This document shows positions 37,821 through 45,396 of a stretch of 64,000 nucleotides of DNA, piece after piece. The stretch is from a virus. Its lineage: Duplodnaviria > Heunggongvirae > Uroviricota > Caudoviricetes. Position 1 is the stretch's first letter. Each line of letters begins with the position of its first letter. The notes below the pieces were generated by a model that was not told where the DNA came from, did no database searches, and saw only the letters and a list, made by a program, of their open reading frames with translations. Both the position numbers and the translations under genes were made by a program. The stretch spans positions 120,029-184,028 of the IMG/VR virus record IMGVR_UViG_3300032007_000003. The stretch is one strand, 5' to 3'.

Positions 37821-38132
37821 ATGGAAGATAAAGAAAAAGACTTACAAGACATTGTAAATGAAATTAAGCCAATAGTTAAATCAGTATATAGTGAGAATAG
37901 TAAAATCACGATATTGGAGAATGAGGTTGATGAATATGGAACTAAAACAATTACACTATGTGGAGGCTTAAATGGATGTGGCGAATGGAAAAATTATTTT
38001 ACTGACTTATCAAAGACATTTGAAGAACTAGAGAAAAATGGTTTCGATGTGTGGGTAATTAAGTTAGATAACGATTGTGCAGACGATATATTTTATTGCA
38101 AAATTGGTATAAATAAAAAGAAAAATGAGTGA
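37821..38132 (+). CDS. Hypothetical protein
   Basis: ATG at 37821 in the frame of ORF 37791. Confidence 0.6.
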   Translation: MEDKEKDLQDIVNEIKPIVKSVYSENSKITILENEVDEYGTKTITLCGGLNGCGEWKNYFTDLSKTFEELEKNGFDVWVIKLDNDCADDIFYCKIGINKKKNE

Positions 38133-39018
38133 CATTAAGCTACTTGAAAAAATAAAGAATTACGATAAACCTTGGTGTTATCAATATCAGAAAAGGTTGG
38201 ATACATTACAAGAGGATATGGAGAAATACGGATGGTCTCAAGAATATATCGACAATATTTCTTTGGATGATTTTGTATTTTCTTATATTGATTCAGTGGA
38301 AGATAAAAGGGAGGCTACCGAATTCATTAAACGATATGAATGGTTAGGTACAATTGGTTCTTTTCCAACGCATTGGTTTGCAGCAAGATATAAGGGAATA
38401 TTAGGCGGTGTTATCATTATGGGTATGCCAAATGCCTTTAGTAAATTATTGGGTGAAGAAACAAAAAACCTTGAGAGGTTGATTGCTAGAGGTGCATCTG
38501 CTTCATGGTGTCCATTCAATCTTGGTAGTAAATTTCTTATGTGGACTATAAAATGGATGGTGGAAAACACTAGATACCGTTTGTTCACTTGTTATAGTGA
38601 CCCACAAGCAAAAGAAGTTGGAAGCATTTATCAAGGGCTTAATTTCTTCTATCTTGGGCAAGGTAGTGGTACTACTGTTAGATGTGTTAATCCATACAAC
38701 CAAGATAAAATTATCACAGATAGAGCATTTAGGGCAAGGAGTTTCTACAAGAGATACGCAAATGACCTTGGTATCGAATGGCAGAAGAATTGGAATACAG
38801 ACCAATGTATGCTATGGGAGAATGTTCCAGATGACATAGAGGAGAAACTTAGAAATTATTCCAAGGAAATGTATGCGAAAGCTGAAAAAATACATTTTCC
38901 ATCCAAGCATAAATACGCATTTATACTTGGAAGAGATAAACGAGAAACAAAAGCTCTTAGGAAGAGATTCTTAGAATTGAATAAAGTATACGAATATCCA
39001 AAGGAAAGAGGGAAATAA
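38125..39018 (+). CDS. Mom-like (GNAT-fold) DNA modification protein
   Basis: FIKRYEWLG; GVIIMG.P; CPFNLGSKFLM; CYSDP...GSIYQGLNFFYLG; KHKY; matches the Mom-family pattern. Confidence 0.7.
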   Translation: MSDIKLLEKIKNYDKPWCYQYQKRLDTLQEDMEKYGWSQEYIDNISLDDFVFSYIDSVEDKREATEFIKRYEWLGTIGSFPTHWFAARYKGILGGVIIMGMPNAFSKLLGEETKNLERLIARGASASWCPFNLGSKFLMWTIKWMVENTRYRLFTCYSDPQAKEVGSIYQGLNFFYLGQGSGTTVRCVNPYNQDKIITDRAFRARSFYKRYANDLGIEWQKNWNTDQCMLWENVPDDIEEKLRNYSKEMYAKAEKIHFPSKHKYAFILGRDKRETKALRKRFLELNKVYEYPKERGK

Positions 39019-39225
39019 ATGGCAAGTTTGGAATTACCGAAAAATCAGATTGTGTTAGGTGACTATATACCAATGTATGAACCAGAAACATTGGAGGAAG
39101 CTTTAAGTCAGTTTGTGGGTGAAGTTAACAATGCAATCACTAGGCAAAGGATTATCTTCGCCTTGGATGAATGGAACATGCGTAATGGAACTAACATAAC
39201 AATTGACGATTTAGAATTAAATTAA
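39019..39225 (+). CDS. Hypothetical protein
   Basis: ORF track. Confidence 0.55.
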   Translation: MASLELPKNQIVLGDYIPMYEPETLEEALSQFVGEVNNAITRQRIIFALDEWNMRNGTNITIDDLELN

Positions 39226-39228
39226 GTT

Positions 39229-39420
39229 ATGATAGGATATAAAATAGAATATGGTACAGTTGGTCACGATTGCTGGGGTGCTCTTGAATTTTCTTGGGAT
39301 GGTGACTACAATGGTATAGTTTACACAGACTATAACGAATGCGAAAAGGAAATGAATAAATTAAAGAAAGAACACCCATACGACATGGAGTTCAGAATCT
39401 ATAATGTTGAAATAAGATAA
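39229..39420 (+). CDS. Hypothetical protein
   Basis: ORF track. Confidence 0.55.
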   Translation: MIGYKIEYGTVGHDCWGALEFSWDGDYNGIVYTDYNECEKEMNKLKKEHPYDMEFRIYNVEIR

Positions 39421-39423
39421 TAT

Positions 39424-39975
39424 ATGGCAATAGTAATTAATTTATTCGCAGGACCAGGTGTTGGTAAAAGCACCACAGCAGCACGTATATTTGCTGAACT
39501 TAAACTAATGGGAGTCAACTGTGAAATGGCTCTTGAATTTGCAAAGGATAAAGTATGGGAAGAGTCATTTAAGACGATGGATGACCAAATTTATATCTTC
39601 GGTAAGCAATTTCATAAGATATGGAGATTAAAGGATAAGGTTGATGTAATCATAACAGATTCCCCTCTTCCAATATCAATTGTTTATGATAAGGAGAATT
39701 CACAAGCATTCCACACATTAATAATGGAACAGTTCAATAAGTTCACCAACTTTAATTTCCTACTTGAGAGAGGTGGTGAGTATCAAACTGAGGGTAGAGT
39801 ACAAACCGAAGAGGAAGCAAAGGAGGTTGACAATACTGTTAAGAGAGTTCTAGATGAGAATGGAATCAAGTATACGACATTGCCTATTGATGGCGCATAT
39901 AGTGTGATAACTGATTTTATAATGAGAGAATTTAAGTATCATACTAAACAAAATCTAACAATTATAAACGAATAA
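39424..39975 (+). CDS. P-loop nucleotide kinase (AAA_28/NadR-like)
   Basis: INLFAGPGVGKST; EFAK; IITDSPL; GRVQTEEEA. Confidence 0.78.
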   Translation: MAIVINLFAGPGVGKSTTAARIFAELKLMGVNCEMALEFAKDKVWEESFKTMDDQIYIFGKQFHKIWRLKDKVDVIITDSPLPISIVYDKENSQAFHTLIMEQFNKFTNFNFLLERGGEYQTEGRVQTEEEAKEVDNTVKRVLDENGIKYTTLPIDGAYSVITDFIMREFKYHTKQNLTIINE

Positions 39976-39978
39976 ATA

Positions 39979-40662
39979 ATGGAAAATATTACAAAAGATT
40001 TTAGACATTTTGCAATTGATAAGGTGGGTATGTCACCTTCAGTAATTGACGATAAGATTGGTAAGGTCAATAATCACTTAACACCTTATATTCTTGAGGA
40101 AAGACAGTTGAATGTGGCAACATTTGATGTATTCTCTAGATTGATGTATGATAGAATCATCTATTTCACTGGAGTTGTTAACAGTGACACTTGTGATACA
40201 GCAATTGCACAGTTGCTTTACTTATCATCAGTGGATGAAAGAGACATTAACATGTATATCAATAGTCCTGGTGGCTCTGTTGTAGATGGTCTTGGGCTTG
40301 TAGACACAATGAATTATATTAATTGTGATATTTCAACCACATGTATAGGTATGGCAGCATCTATGGGTTCTGTACTCTTAAGTAATGGCGCAAAGGGTAA
40401 GAGATTCGTATTGCCTCACAGTAGGGTTATGATACATCAAGTAAGCAGTTCTCAGAGTGGTACACTTGCTGACCTTGAGATTGAACTTGAGCAGACTAGA
40501 AGGTGTAAGAACGATGTTTATAAGATTCTTGCAGACAACACTGGACGTTCATTTGATGAAATGGAGAAACTTTGTGACCGTAACAATTGGTTTATCGGAC
40601 AAGAGGCTGTTGACTTGGGTATTGTTGATAAAGTGTTAACTACTACTAAAAAAGAAGGATAA
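39979..40662 (+). CDS. clpP: ATP-dependent Clp protease proteolytic subunit
   Basis: DVFSRLMYDRII; YINSPGGSV; GMAASMGS (Ser); RVMIHQ (His); DRNNW. Confidence 0.93.
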   Translation: MENITKDFRHFAIDKVGMSPSVIDDKIGKVNNHLTPYILEERQLNVATFDVFSRLMYDRIIYFTGVVNSDTCDTAIAQLLYLSSVDERDINMYINSPGGSVVDGLGLVDTMNYINCDISTTCIGMAASMGSVLLSNGAKGKRFVLPHSRVMIHQVSSSQSGTLADLEIELEQTRRCKNDVYKILADNTGRSFDEMEKLCDRNNWFIGQEAVDLGIVDKVLTTTKKEG

Positions 40663-40663
40663 A

Positions 40664-40697
40664 TTTGGTTATTCAAAAAATATTTCATATCTTTGCA
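40664..40697 (+). promoter_or_regulatory. Bacteroidetes-type promoter
   Basis: TTTG (40664) N20 TATCTTTGCA (40688). Confidence 0.75.
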
Positions 40698-40701
40698 ATA
40701 T

Positions 40702-41238
40702 ATGGATAAAATTAAAGTTTTTACACCCATTTATGATAACTGCAATGGCAAAGATGCAACATATGATATTATGCCATTGAGAGTATTTTTAGGAGGCACT
40801 ATAGACAATGGGAAAAGTATAAATTGGCAAGATGAATTGATAGGTGAACTGAGTTCTTGTGACACAGTTCATCCTATCGTAGTTTTTAATCCAAGACGTT
40901 CTGAGTGGCCCTCATCTGATGACCATAGTGAGATTGATAAACAGATTAAATGGGAACTATCTCATTTAGAAGATGCTAGTTTGATTATAATGAATATATT
41001 GGGTAACTCAAAATCACCAATATCATTGATGGAGATTGGATTATTTGCAAAAGACCATAAGTTAATAGTATTTTGTGAACCAAATTTCTATAGATTTGAT
41101 AATGTTAGAGTTGTATGCGAAAGATACTATGTTCCATTATATCAGACTAATGAGATTTCAGCAATTAAAAATAAGATTTTGCAATTTGCTAATATGCATA
41201 AGAATGTACGTTATATAACTCCTAATCGTTATGTTTAA
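40702..41238 (+). CDS. Nucleoside 2-deoxyribosyltransferase-like protein
   Basis: VFLGGTI...WQ; VFNPRR; QIKWE; SPISLMEIG; ATG at 40702. Confidence 0.78.
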   Translation: MDKIKVFTPIYDNCNGKDATYDIMPLRVFLGGTIDNGKSINWQDELIGELSSCDTVHPIVVFNPRRSEWPSSDDHSEIDKQIKWELSHLEDASLIIMNILGNSKSPISLMEIGLFAKDHKLIVFCEPNFYRFDNVRVVCERYYVPLYQTNEISAIKNKILQFANMHKNVRYITPNRYV

Positions 41239-41545
41239 AGATATAAAAAAAATTAAATACGGAAATCTTAAGATATGGCTAAAAGACCAACTTAAGAGAA
41301 AGGTTTGGTTTAAAAATTTCTTTATTACAAGAAATGCATGGGGAGCATTTTCAGTTAATTCCCATATGAACCAGCATACTGGTAAAGAGAAAGTAATGTA
41401 CAACACGATTGAGGGTGCAAAGAAAGCAGCAGAGGCAATGTCAAAGAAACGTGGTGTACATTTTTCTTATTATAAGTGCCTTTTCTGTGATGGCTATCAT
41501 GTTGGAAAGAATAGAGATAATAAAATAGAAGGATATGACAATTGA
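41231..41545 (+). CDS. Small zinc-finger protein (YKCxxCxxYHVG)
   Basis: KVMYNTIEGAKKAA...YKCLFCDGYHVG; paralog at 47929. Confidence 0.65.
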   Translation: MFKDIKKIKYGNLKIWLKDQLKRKVWFKNFFITRNAWGAFSVNSHMNQHTGKEKVMYNTIEGAKKAAEAMSKKRGVHFSYYKCLFCDGYHVGKNRDNKIEGYDN

Positions 41546-41798
41546 TTTTTCCGAAAATACATGGTATGAAATATACTGTAAGAAGCGAGAAAGTCTTCCA
41601 CTTTATTATTATCATGGAATGCCAGTGATATTCGAAAAAGGTATGTATAGATGTGAAGAGGAAGATGAATATAACGTAAGAGTGTACAACACACCTAAAG
41701 GTACTGTTATTTCAAAATTTCTTTTCAATTCATATTTTAAGAAACCAAGTAAAATACAATTGTTTATATATAATCATTTATATTTTTTATGGCTATAA
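41535..41798 (+). CDS. Hypothetical protein
   Basis: ORF track; overlaps both neighbours. Confidence 0.5.
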   Translation: MTIDFSENTWYEIYCKKRESLPLYYYHGMPVIFEKGMYRCEEEDEYNVRVYNTPKGTVISKFLFNSYFKKPSKIQLFIYNHLYFLWL

Positions 41799-42214
41799 AA
41801 TTTAAAAAGTTTACTGTTGAACAAAAGAGTACATTTAGTTATTGGTTCTACCATTGGCTAGCTTTTAATTATACGGCATGGAAGTTAGGCGTATGGAAAC
41901 CAAAGTGGCTATTACACGATATTGAGAAGCCTTGGCTTAAGTTAATATGGGGTGATTATCTCCGTGTAAGAAAATGGCATAAGCATCATAACAGCCATCA
42001 TATCTTCTACGGAAGAAGATATGGAATGAATAAGATTGACTGGCTTGGTGCTGTAATTGATTGGGAATGTTCACATCTAACGAAGTGCGTGGCTGAGAGA
42101 AATGGTAGAGAAGAGGTTGATTATCTAATCAGTAAAAAATCCAAATACACCGCAGATGAAAAGGAGGAAATAAGAAAGAATTGTTATCCAATTTTGAATT
42201 ATCTTGGTTTATAA
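41789..42214 (+). CDS. HD-like His-rich protein (DUF5662-like)
   Basis: LLHDIEK...WHKHHNSHH...VIDWE. Confidence 0.55.
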   Translation: MAIKFKKFTVEQKSTFSYWFYHWLAFNYTAWKLGVWKPKWLLHDIEKPWLKLIWGDYLRVRKWHKHHNSHHIFYGRRYGMNKIDWLGAVIDWECSHLTKCVAERNGREEVDYLISKKSKYTADEKEEIRKNCYPILNYLGL

Positions 42215-42286
42215 GTAAATTTAACGTTATTTGTTTAATAATTTTCATTAACTCATTATATTTATATTAGAAATACACAGAATATA

Positions 42287-42745
42287 ATGAAGAAAATAAT
42301 TAGATTAACTGAGTCAGATTTGCATAATCTTGTCCAACGTAGTGTGCTGAGAATACTGCATGAACAAGATAACAACTTGCTTTTGCAAAATATCGCCCAA
42401 TCCATTGCAAGCCAAGGACAACTAGATGTCGTGGCTGGAGAGAATGAGGGTGAGTTTAGTTTGCAAGGTGGGAACTATGCATATATAACATATAATGTGG
42501 AATGTGACCCATACATGCGACAAGGTATGAGAAGTAATTCTTACGATGTTCCAGATGACGAGGATGAAATAATTGACAAACCAACTGTGGAAGTTGGAAG
42601 CATTGAATTCTGTGATGGTGGAGGAGAAGGGTGTATTCAAATTCACGACAATGGAATTGTAAAGAAAGCTTTGGAAAGTGTTATCAATGTCGATTATACA
42701 GATTTTGATGTTCCAAGCGAAGACGATTATTATTCCGAATATTAA
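42287..42745 (+). CDS. Putative internal head protein (MKKIIRLTESDLHNLVQRSVLRILHE tag; acidic cargo)
   Basis: Canonical tag; TATTTATA at 42259. Confidence 0.7.
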   Translation: MKKIIRLTESDLHNLVQRSVLRILHEQDNNLLLQNIAQSIASQGQLDVVAGENEGEFSLQGGNYAYITYNVECDPYMRQGMRSNSYDVPDDEDEIIDKPTVEVGSIEFCDGGGEGCIQIHDNGIVKKALESVINVDYTDFDVPSEDDYYSEY

Positions 42746-42772
42746 TAACGTTATTTAAAATATATAAAAGCT

Positions 42773-42901
42773 ATGGCATGTGGATGTAAGAATAAACAAA
42801 ATGCTGCCCAAAATAAATCAGCAGCAGTACAAAAACCAAGTAATCCATTGAACAACGGAAGTGTTGGTGGAAGAAGAATTGAAAAGAGAATTATTCGTTA
42901 A
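42773..42901 (+). CDS. Small peptide MACGCKNK... (42 aa), not in the ORF track
   Basis: Open frame; N-terminus shared with 61291. Confidence 0.5.
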   Translation: MACGCKNKQNAAQNKSAAVQKPSNPLNNGSVGGRRIEKRIIR

Positions 42902-42915
42902 ATCTTCTTAATAAA

Positions 42916-42988
42916 TTTGGTTATTTCAAAAATTTTTCATATCTTTGCATTATGAGTTGATATCCTCGATTCATAATGCAATTTTTTT
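42916..42988 (+). promoter_or_regulatory. tRNA-cluster promoter overlapped by a 16-bp hairpin plus T7
   Basis: TTTG (42916) N20 TATCTTTG (42940); TTGCATTATGAGTTGA/TCGATTCATAATGCAA-TTTTTTT. Confidence 0.7.
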
Positions 42989-42992
42989 ATAT

Positions 42993-43080
42993 GGCTCTGT
43001 GGCGAAATTGGTAGTACGCACTAGACTCAAAATCTAGGGAGGCTGATAACCTCGTAAGGGTTCGAGTCCCTTTAGAGCTA
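42993..43080 (+). tRNA. tRNA-Leu(CAA)
   Basis: Acceptor GGCTCTG/TAGAGCT-A; anticodon arm CTAGA-CTCAAAA-TCTAG; long variable arm; GTTCGAGT; no encoded CCA. Confidence 0.9.
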
Positions 43081-43090
43081 CTGTAAAAAT

Positions 43091-43172
43091 GCCCTTGTGC
43101 TGGAATTGGCAGACAGACTACACTAAGGATGTAGTGTCGAAAGGCGTGTGGGTTCGAGTCCCACCGAGGGTA
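43091..43172 (+). tRNA. tRNA-Leu(AAG)
   Basis: GCCCTTG/CGAGGGT-A; CTACA-CTAAGGA-TGTAG (anticodon 43125-43127); variable arm; GTGGG-TTCGAGT-CCCAC. Confidence 0.88.
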
Positions 43173-43194
43173 CAAAACTTAATTTAGAAATATT

Positions 43195-43587
43195 ATGGGA
43201 AACATTGTTTTGGGGGATGAGCGTAATCTCCATAACTTAATTGAGGATATAATCAAGAATAATCCTAATGTTCGTGATTCATTTCCAGATTCATATACAT
43301 CTTATGTGGCAGAGGCTATCATAGGGAAAGCTGGTGATGACATTCTTGGTAATTTGGTTTCTACTATAATGAAGTTCAGTGATATGAAGAGATTCGCAGT
43401 TATTCCTAACAACTATGTAGATGGAAACAGATATTCAACAAAGGATAATGCAGAACTCACTGAATATTACGACACTATAGAAGAGGCTATACCTAGAGCG
43501 ATGGAGTTGTATGCTAGGGAAGATGTTGATGGTGTTAAGGTTAAGGATATATTCAACTGTGGTACGAAATTAGATATTAAGAAATAG
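43195..43587 (+). CDS. Hypothetical protein within the tRNA cluster
   Basis: ORF track. Confidence 0.65.
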   Translation: MGNIVLGDERNLHNLIEDIIKNNPNVRDSFPDSYTSYVAEAIIGKAGDDILGNLVSTIMKFSDMKRFAVIPNNYVDGNRYSTKDNAELTEYYDTIEEAIPRAMELYAREDVDGVKVKDIFNCGTKLDIKK

Positions 43588-43680
43588 GCGAGTTTTTTAA
43601 ATCACGTTTTAGATTACTGCTTCAATAGGAAAAACGGATACTTAGTGGGTATTATGGTTTTGCCCAAATGCCCACATCAT

Positions 43681-43754
43681 TGGTGAGTAGCGCAACTGGC
43701 TAGAGCATCAGAATTTGGGTCTGAGGGTTAAGGGTTCGAATCCCTTCTCGCCAA
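43681..43754 (+). tRNA. tRNA-Gln(TTG) by anticodon; D arm and variable loop look Pro-like
   Basis: TGGTGAG/CTCGCCA-A; TCAGA-ATTTGGG-TCTGA; AAGGG-TTCGAAT-CCCTT. Confidence 0.75.
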
Positions 43755-43761
43755 CAAATAT

Positions 43762-43847
43762 TGGGGGTTGGTCGAGTGGTTTAAGACGCAGGACTTTGAC
43801 TCCTGTTGGGGAATATCCCCTCGCAAGTTCGAATCTTGCACTCCTAA
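43762..43847 (+). tRNA. tRNA with Gln(TTG) anticodon and long variable arm (class II body)
   Basis: TGGGGGT/ACTCCTA-A; GTC-GAGTGGTTTAA-GAC; CAGGA-CTTTGAC-TCCTG; V-arm GGGGA-ATA-TCCCC; GCAAG-TTCGAAT-CTTGC. Confidence 0.85.
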
Positions 43848-43867
43848 CTATTTATATAAAAAGATTT

Positions 43868-44071
43868 ATGTCAAAAGGTAAGAAATTCAAAACCCCAAAA
43901 AGATTTTGGAATAAAATGCCACATAAGAAATCTTGGAGAGCACATGTGATGGGAAGTAAACATAAAAAATTCAAGTGGTTCTTCCGCAAGAAAAAATGGT
44001 TTACTGATGAAGATTTGCAAAAGATGTCAATGAGAAAACCTTTTTCTCATGAGATTTGGGGATGGGATTAG
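43868..44071 (+). CDS. Highly basic K/W/F-rich small protein (MSKGKKFK...)
   Basis: ATG at 43868; the upstream part of ORF 43715 overlaps tRNAs; TATTTATA at 43849. Confidence 0.6.
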   Translation: MSKGKKFKTPKRFWNKMPHKKSWRAHVMGSKHKKFKWFFRKKKWFTDEDLQKMSMRKPFSHEIWGWD

Positions 44072-44115
44072 TTTTTTGTTTCATAAATAAATTTAGAGTA
44101 GTGACTTTTGTTACA

Positions 44116-44158
44116 AAGGTGCTGATTGTCTGTGAAGATAGTCAGCATTCTTCTTTTT
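44116..44158 (+). terminator. Intrinsic terminator
   Basis: GTGCTGATTGTCT-GTGA-AGATAGTCAGCAT then TCTTCTTTTT. Confidence 0.7.
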
Positions 44159-44195
44159 GAAATTACAGTTATATTTATACTAAAATTTAAATGAT

Positions 44196-44366
44196 ATGAA
44201 TATAATTAGTAATGATAAAATTGAATTGAAGTACGATAAGTACGAGAGAAGTTACACATTCACTGTGTATGATAAGTATGGTCATTACATTGATGATGTT
44301 GTGCTAACGAAGGAAGAAGTTAAAGAACTTTATGAAGCCTTAGAATCAATAAAAAATATACTCTAA
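44196..44366 (+). CDS. Small hypothetical protein (56 aa, MNIISNDKIELKY...), not in the ORF track
   Basis: TATTTATA at 44172, 16 nt upstream of the ATG. Confidence 0.55.
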   Translation: MNIISNDKIELKYDKYERSYTFTVYDKYGHYIDDVVLTKEEVKELYEALESIKNIL

Positions 44367-44368
44367 AA

Positions 44369-44402
44369 TTTGTTATTTAAGATTTTTTTTCATATCTTTG
44401 CA
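44369..44402 (+). promoter_or_regulatory. Bacteroidetes-type promoter
   Basis: TTTG (44369) N20 TATCTTTGCA (44393). Confidence 0.75.
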
Positions 44403-44425
44403 GAAAGTAGATATAAGAAATTCTA

Positions 44426-44884
44426 ATGACTGCAACAGAAGTATTTTTATTGTTTCTCAAGAAAGACCTCTCCATGAATGAATATTTGTTTTTTATGCAT
44501 CATTTATCAAGGAGACGAAGAGGTGGTAAAGTGAAACCAGTATTAGGTAAAGGATTTGTAGAGGATTATCTATCTAGGACAAATAGAACTCTTGGGGGTT
44601 TTATGACGAGGTTATTTGTTCTTTGTCCTAATTTGTTGAGATATGGGGCAGACAACTCAACCTATAAGAAAATTTATGATAGTATAAGACCTCATTATTT
44701 TGGTAGGTTTTACGTACCTAAAGAGGATGACGTTTATTACTTCAAAACTCATGTTAATTCAAAGTATGTGTCAGCTTACCGTGAAAGATGGCATCATTTT
44801 TTGTATAAACACATAAGGGGTGAAAAGAAGCTTAACAGTCCATTTAAAGAAGGTGAAACATACAGTTACGAATATATTGAATAA
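44426..44884 (+). CDS. Tandem paralog family member 1
   Basis: MTATEVFLLFLK...FVEDYL.R..R.L..FMTRLF.L.PNL...NSPFKEGE.Y. Confidence 0.7.
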   Translation: MTATEVFLLFLKKDLSMNEYLFFMHHLSRRRRGGKVKPVLGKGFVEDYLSRTNRTLGGFMTRLFVLCPNLLRYGADNSTYKKIYDSIRPHYFGRFYVPKEDDVYYFKTHVNSKYVSAYRERWHHFLYKHIRGEKKLNSPFKEGETYSYEYIE

Positions 44885-45396
44885 TGACAGCAACACAAGT
44901 ATTATTTCTTTTCTTTAAAGAATGTTGCACCATTGATGAAATGAGATTCTTCAAATACATTATATTGAAGAATCATGGCAATAAATATTTTAAGAAAAGA
45001 CCACTATATACTCCAACTTTTGTAGAAGATTATCTAGCTAGGAATGAAAGGGCATTGAATAATTACATGACAAGGTTATTTATTCTTGCCCCTAATTTAA
45101 GGCATAATAGACATAAAAATCCTAGATGGCATTGTATTTGGAGAGAATTTGATGCCAAGAATAAAGGAAAGACTAGAACATTTAGAGTAAAGGATTTTTT
45201 TGGAAATTATACTGGAGAAGTAAAACCATATACCGTTACGTTTCGACCATATAATTGTGGTATGTATATTAACTATTACAAGAGAAAATGGAATAAGTTT
45301 TTAAGAGATAATATAGAGAGTGATAAGAAATTTAATAGCCCATTCAAAAAGGGTGAATGTTACGATTTTAAATTAAAAACAAATGACACCGACTGA
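44884..45396 (+). CDS. Tandem paralog family member 2
   Basis: MTATQVLFLFFK...FVEDYLARNER.L..YMTRLF.L.PNL...NSPFKKGE.Y. Confidence 0.7.
   Translation: MTATQVLFLFFKECCTIDEMRFFKYIILKNHGNKYFKKRPLYTPTFVEDYLARNERALNNYMTRLFILAPNLRHNRHKNPRWHCIWREFDAKNKGKTRTFRVKDFFGNYTGEVKPYTVTFRPYNCGMYINYYKRKWNKFLRDNIESDKKFNSPFKKGECYDFKLKTNDTD

Noticed and set aside
42987-43175. Minus-strand 62-aa ORF
   Set aside because: Antisense shadow of two tRNA-Leu genes
43715-43867. 5' extension of ORF 43715..44071
   Set aside because: Overlaps two tRNAs; the real start is more likely the ATG at 43868
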